Of a stretch of DNA of 64,000 bases, positions 59,724-64,000 are shown piece by piece. Location of the stretch: assembly GCA_963666485.2 (NCBI GenBank), contig CAXXUO010000009.1, positions 192,001 to 256,000 of the forward strand, given 5' to 3'. A program made the position numbers and the translations under genes. The notes beneath the pieces are model-generated. The model was given only the letters and a program-made list of their open reading frames with translations, was not told where the DNA came from and made no database searches. Position 1 is the stretch's first letter, and every line of letters begins with the position of its first letter. The stretch is from Syntrophorhabdaceae bacterium. GTDB lineage: Bacteria > Desulfobacterota > Syntrophorhabdia > Syntrophorhabdales > Syntrophorhabdaceae.

Positions 59724-60290
59724 CCTTCCACCTTCCTGATGATTCGTGCAGGGTTGCCTGCAGCGAGCGTGTTTGCCGGGATATCCTTTGTCACAACCGA
59801 GCCCGCGGCCACAACGGCCCCCCTTCCCGATAGTGACGCCTTTGAGTATTATGGTCCTGCACCCGATCCAGGCCCCGCTACCGATAACGACCGGCTTTAC
59901 GTCCTCCGGTTCTCTCCCGGTAGAATGGTAATCGCGGTCCATGATGACGCAATCCCATGCTATGATCGTTCCGTCCCCTATATCAACGAGCCTCCCCGCA
60001 TGGATCTCTGTCCGGTCCCCGATGGAACAGTGTTTCCCGATCCTTATCGAAGCCTTCCCGCCGCCCGTGCCCTGACACGACAGCTTGACGCCGGGCCAGA
60101 GATCGGTCAATTCACCGACCGAAACCGTTCCATTTGTCACGAGGACCTTGAGCCTGCCCCGCACGGATATCAGGGCGGTCTTTTCGAAACGCAGGGAGTT
60201 CAGGTACCCCCATGCGAAACGCATGCTGTCCGCAATCAAAGTCCTGAATGGTCTTGTCTTCAATTTCTTGACCAGGCGGTGAGGGTCCAT
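59675..60290 (-). pseudogene. Hexapeptide-repeat O-acyltransferase interrupted by a +1 frameshift in a G6 run (or a sequencing error)
   Basis: ..IGSGAWIGCRTIILKGVTIGKG continues as [27 protein letters not shown] only in a shifted frame after C6 at 59818-59823; that frame stops at 59675. Confidence 0.8.
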
Positions 60291-60291
60291 G

Positions 60292-61503
60292 CTATTCCCA
60301 GATGCCCTCGAGCGAATCATGCGATGCCGGGTGAAGGGTCCTCTGCCCTATGATCTTTGCGAGAAAGTCTATCCCGAACGTGAAAAAAGGGAGAGGGTCG
60401 CGCAGGCAGAGGTCATCGAAGACTCTGCTTTTCCCGAACATGCGAATATATTCCTTCAGGAAAGCGATCTTGTCGCGTGCGGATCTGAATGCATCGGGAA
60501 ATGTTCGCAAATCTCCCCACACCCAGCGCGTTACCACTCCCTTTTCGTAATCTTCGACCGCGTCCGTGTCGCCATCCAGCGCTATCCTGTATAAAAGGTG
60601 CGGGAAGTCGACACCGCTCGCGATGCCCTGGACGAGCGACCCCCAGAACCGCGGATTGATATCGATAAGATAGGGGGTCCCTGTGCCCTCTTCGACGATG
60701 AAATCCGCCTGGCATATCCCGTGCCAGGCTAGTTTCTCGAGCAACCTTCCGAAATGGCCCGCCGCGGCGGGACTGTCGATGCTCACCCTTAGGGTTGCCT
60801 GTCCCCCGGTGAAGGGAAGATCTCGTAACTGCCGGTAAACAACGTGGCCCTTCCGACGGCCGTGATTGAAAAGCATCCCGACACAGTGGACGGGCCCGCG
60901 TATTCTTTCCTGCACACAAAACCTCTCCCAGGGACGGTTCAAATAGGTGTCACGCGAAAGAAAAGCATCAAGCTGAGCGGGCGTTTCTACGTGAGAGATC
61001 CCCCATGCACCACCACCCTGGTACGGTTTGATGAGGAGCGGAAAATGAAGCCTTGAGCGGTCGAACCCGTTACCTCTCAACGTCTTTATGGAAATGGTCC
61101 GCGGCACCGGTATACCAAGCGACTCAGCGAGTGGCATCCACCGGTCCTTGTTGTGCGCAGTAAGCACCTGGTCGTAGTCGGGGATCGCCATTGCCACATG
61201 GGCGGACACGATATCCCTGCATTTTGAAAGCAGGAAGGTCTCCTCAAAGACCGGCATCAGGACCCGGGCTTTGAAACGGCGAACGTTCTCGATGATACAG
61301 TCGATGAAGGACCTCTGTTCGCTAAACGGAGAGGGGTAAATAAAATGCCCTTTCGAGAACCGGGAGGCGAAGGACATGGACATGGGCACAAAATCGGCCG
61401 TGTAGACATCGATGCCCTTCTGGCCGAGGCTCCTGACGATGGTATAGGCGATCCTGTTCTTCGCGTTCGTCACTATGACACTCATCTTCTCACTTCGAGG
61501 CAC
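60292..61503 (-). CDS. ATP-grasp carboxylate-amine ligase-like protein
   Basis: NKD...AESLGIPVPRT, PLLIKP..GGGAWG, QERIRG, LIDINPRFWGS, SGVDFP. Confidence 0.85.
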   Translation of the reverse strand: MPRSEKMSVIVTNAKNRIAYTIVRSLGQKGIDVYTADFVPMSMSFASRFSKGHFIYPSPFSEQRSFIDCIIENVRRFKARVLMPVFEETFLLSKCRDIVSAHVAMAIPDYDQVLTAHNKDRWMPLAESLGIPVPRTISIKTLRGNGFDRSRLHFPLLIKPYQGGGAWGISHVETPAQLDAFLSRDTYLNRPWERFCVQERIRGPVHCVGMLFNHGRRKGHVVYRQLRDLPFTGGQATLRVSIDSPAAAGHFGRLLEKLAWHGICQADFIVEEGTGTPYLIDINPRFWGSLVQGIASGVDFPHLLYRIALDGDTDAVEDYEKGVVTRWVWGDLRTFPDAFRSARDKIAFLKEYIRMFGKSRVFDDLCLRDPLPFFTFGIDFLAKIIGQRTLHPASHDSLEGIWE

Positions 61504-62683
61504 AGAGCTTTCTCTTGAGCATGTTGCCTATATGCTCCTTCCACTGATAATAGAAAGGACGCACGTCCCTGCGGTCGAATATCGCGAAGTATTTTCGGCC
61601 TATGTACGGGCGCACATAATCCCACAGGGAGAGGGTTTCCAAACTGTGATTGAGGGCCGTGTGCAGGACGTCCTTGTATTCATGTATCCAGTAGACGTTT
61701 TCCCTGAACGAGTCGGCCCTGATCTTTTCGTTCCTGACGAGGTCCGCATATTGGATGTAGGGAAAATTGATACCGCAGGCCGTGCAGAGCCCTATCCAGA
61801 ATATGTACCTGGGGTTGATCTCGATGAGCTTGTAAACGCCTTCGCGGGGGTCGTACTTCCACTCTATCTCGGAGAACCCGTAGTAACCGAGGCCGGTGAG
61901 GAGTTTGCGGCTTTGCCCGTCGAGACCGGGGATCCTTTCGCTCTTCGCGATCCTTCCCTGACCGTATCGCGGCGGGTCCTGCCGCACCTTCCTCGATGTC
62001 ATAGAGGCGAGCATTTCTCCCGACTGGTCGATGTAAGATACATATTGAACCATCTGCCGGCTGTCGGGCCCGGGGATGATCTCGCATATCATGAGATTGA
62101 ACTCATCCGAGGTAAACTCGCCGGTAAGCTTCCTGTAGTTTCGTACGAGATCGTCGAAGGAATTCACCTCTACCATCTTGAAATCGAATTTCCTGAAAAA
62201 AAGGTGGCCCAGGCCGGGCTTTACCAAGCAGGGAAAGGTGATCTTTCCCTCAAGCGCCTCGAGTTCCCCGGGGGACCTCGGGGCAAAGATATTGGGAACG
62301 GCAATACCCAATCCCGACGCTGTGGCGTACAGGTTCTTCTTGTTGACGACCCGGTCTATGACGTCCCGGTCGGGTGTGGGCACCAGGTAATGCTGTTTCA
62401 GGACGTCCTTGTGCTGCGCAAGGAATTCGACGCCGTAATCCTTGGTAGGAATGATGAGGGTCCCCGACCACTCGCCGGCCTTTTCGAGGAGCAGATCGAG
62501 AAGCAGCCCTGGTTTCTCTATAAAATCCGGAATCTTGACGGAGTCAATGACATATTTCGAATGCCTGCCGATCTCCGCATGTTCTCTGTCATAGATGACA
62601 ATACTGTGGACACCGTGTCTGGCCAGTGCCTTGATGACCTGGTAGCCCAGTTCGGTTGCGTTGATCAGGATCACTTTATCCAT
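61490..62683 (-). CDS. ATP-grasp carboxylate-amine ligase (D-aspartate-ligase-like)
   Basis: NKKNLY..A...GIAVP, FPCLVKP, EIIPGPD, SEIEWKYDPR...KLIEINPR. Confidence 0.85.
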   Translation of the reverse strand: MDKVILINATELGYQVIKALARHGVHSIVIYDREHAEIGRHSKYVIDSVKIPDFIEKPGLLLDLLLEKAGEWSGTLIIPTKDYGVEFLAQHKDVLKQHYLVPTPDRDVIDRVVNKKNLYATASGLGIAVPNIFAPRSPGELEALEGKITFPCLVKPGLGHLFFRKFDFKMVEVNSFDDLVRNYRKLTGEFTSDEFNLMICEIIPGPDSRQMVQYVSYIDQSGEMLASMTSRKVRQDPPRYGQGRIAKSERIPGLDGQSRKLLTGLGYYGFSEIEWKYDPREGVYKLIEINPRYIFWIGLCTACGINFPYIQYADLVRNEKIRADSFRENVYWIHEYKDVLHTALNHSLETLSLWDYVRPYIGRKYFAIFDRRDVRPFYYQWKEHIGNMLKRKLCASK

Positions 62684-63756
62684 CGTCCGACGATCCCCGC
62701 CTGGCTGATAAATCTGGATGTTTTTTCGATGCTGGCCTTCTTGAAGAGGACGGGCCAGTAAATGGGATGTTTCAGGATGAACGGCAGTGTATACCGGGCA
62801 AGTATCTTTCTCCTTTCTGATTCATTCCATTCATAGATCGATTGCCTCACCTGATCATTCATGCGCTTCATCAAACCATCGAAAAAGAACTGGAACTCTC
62901 GCGGAAGCGCCGCGGGCAGCGTGACGGCCCGGTACACCGGCCATATATCCGCAATGCTGTAACCTGCGCTGTCAAAGATCGCCCTCACGCAGAGGCCGAT
63001 CTTGCATTCGGCACGCTGGAAAAGAACATTTTCCCTGCTGTCCTCGTAGCGCACGTCATAGGGCAGGCCCTGATACTGCTCCCGCGGCGTGAAGATAAAG
63101 TTCCCCAAGGAGTAAAATATATACTTGCCTCTATACTCCTCATACCCCTGGGGCACGTGAGGATGGTGGCCGATAATGAGATCGACACCCTGGTCGATGA
63201 GCCTTCTTGCCGCCTCCTGCTGGTCACTGTTGACGAAGACATTGTGATCGTCACCCCAATGGAGGAACATAATGAGGAAATCGCATTCCTTCTTGAGGGA
63301 ATCCACGTCAAGCCGGTCAAGGTCCTTGAAGAGATGGCCGCTGAACCTGGACTCGACCCAATTGACCGCCGCCATACCCAGGGCCACCCCGTGCCTGACC
63401 GTCCTGCAATACTGTGAGATCCCCTCGTAGTCGATGCCGAAACCTTGAATCCCGCTGTCATCAAGAACTTCCGTTGTCTCATCGAGGCCCGGCTCAAAGA
63501 GGTCGAAGATATGGTTGTTGTTGAGACCCACATGGGTGAAACCAAAGTCGTTAAGTATTCCTACGTTCTGCGCGTTCGACCAGAGCGGGATCTTCCTCAA
63601 GTCCATCACTTTCGGCGGGGCAAGGACAATGGGGCACTCCAGGTTGCCCACAACCAGGTCCGCCTGCCTTAACTTCGCCTTAAGGCTTGGATCGGGCGTC
63701 TCTTCTATCACGCTCGCCCCCGGCATTATGTCACCTGTGAAGATACAGTCGATCAT
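62671..63756 (-). CDS. CapA/PGA_cap-family metallophosphoesterase-fold protein
   Basis: FTGDIM, GNLECP, LNNNHIFD, HWG, IIGHHPHVPQ, YSLGNF. Confidence 0.9.
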   Translation of the reverse strand: MIDCIFTGDIMPGASVIEETPDPSLKAKLRQADLVVGNLECPIVLAPPKVMDLRKIPLWSNAQNVGILNDFGFTHVGLNNNHIFDLFEPGLDETTEVLDDSGIQGFGIDYEGISQYCRTVRHGVALGMAAVNWVESRFSGHLFKDLDRLDVDSLKKECDFLIMFLHWGDDHNVFVNSDQQEAARRLIDQGVDLIIGHHPHVPQGYEEYRGKYIFYSLGNFIFTPREQYQGLPYDVRYEDSRENVLFQRAECKIGLCVRAIFDSAGYSIADIWPVYRAVTLPAALPREFQFFFDGLMKRMNDQVRQSIYEWNESERRKILARYTLPFILKHPIYWPVLFKKASIEKTSRFISQAGIVGRWIK

Positions 63757-63758
63757 GG

Positions 63759-64000
63759 TCACGCGAACCGTATGCCCGAGGCGCCCCGCGATAGACTCCC
63801 GGAAAGCTTCCCGAAAAGCCTCTTGTATAATTCGAAAGGACCGGCGTTCCTCTCGAGGGAGATGCTCCGGCACGTACTGGTCATGTACCTGAGGGTAAGA
63901 AAATATCCGACGGTCACACGCCCTACCTCCGAAAAGGCCGCCCTGTGAAGGATCGCCCGGCTCGTCCTGTTCCATGCAATCGCAGACGCCACTCCGTTTG
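63759..64000 (-). CDS. 3' fragment of an upstream gene, possibly a GNAT acyltransferase
   Basis: WNRTSRAILHRAAFSEVG resembles the GNAT C-terminal N..S......GF motif; stop lies 2 nt before the capA-like ATG. Confidence 0.45.
   Translation of the reverse strand, partial: NGVASAIAWNRTSRAILHRAAFSEVGRVTVGYFLTLRYMTSTCRSISLERNAGPFELYKRLFGKLSGSLSRGASGIRFA

Noticed and set aside
58536..60320. 594-aa natural acyltransferase-GT4 fusion protein
   Set aside because: The junction is out-of-frame junk; the proper acyltransferase C-terminus is in another frame and the GT4 has its own start.

Overview
A gene-dense, fairly GC-rich bacterial window. Gene content suggests an anaerobic deltaproteobacterium, possibly Syntrophorhabdus-like (inference only). 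No rRNA, tRNA, CRISPR array, integrase or transposase was seen. Bases 1-38 kb are mixed housekeeping and accessory genes: a P-type ATPase, an atypical nucleotide-cyclase-fold protein, ahbA, polA, a partial peptide ABC transporter, fabH, nrfHA, NarL-type two-component genes, a SpoIID-MurU-AmgK-GT2-DUF4922 cell-wall-sugar operon, an MCP, lemA/TPM genes, gdhA and a D-Ala-D-Ala dipeptidase. Most larger intergenic gaps in this half hold inverted pairs of 7-bp tandem arrays. At least seven different heptamer families share one architecture. Bases 38-64 kb look like one envelope/matrix locus: a type II secretion cluster (G-D-E-F-H-I-J-K-L-M-C-like), a sigma54 two-component system, two divergently transcribed secreted proteins behind a clear -24/-12 promoter, and the 3' part of an exopolysaccharide modification cluster. 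Best candidates for new biology: (1) an apparently split fibronectin-III domain, where one secreted protein lacks strand A and its neighbour ends in a lone strand-A peptide; (2) the heptamer inverted-array elements; (3) the cell-wall-sugar operon; (4) a homopolymer frameshift that fuses an acyltransferase to a GT4. All calls come from reading motifs by eye; no database searches or structure predictions were run. Several start codons were moved from the ORF track on RBS or overlap evidence.
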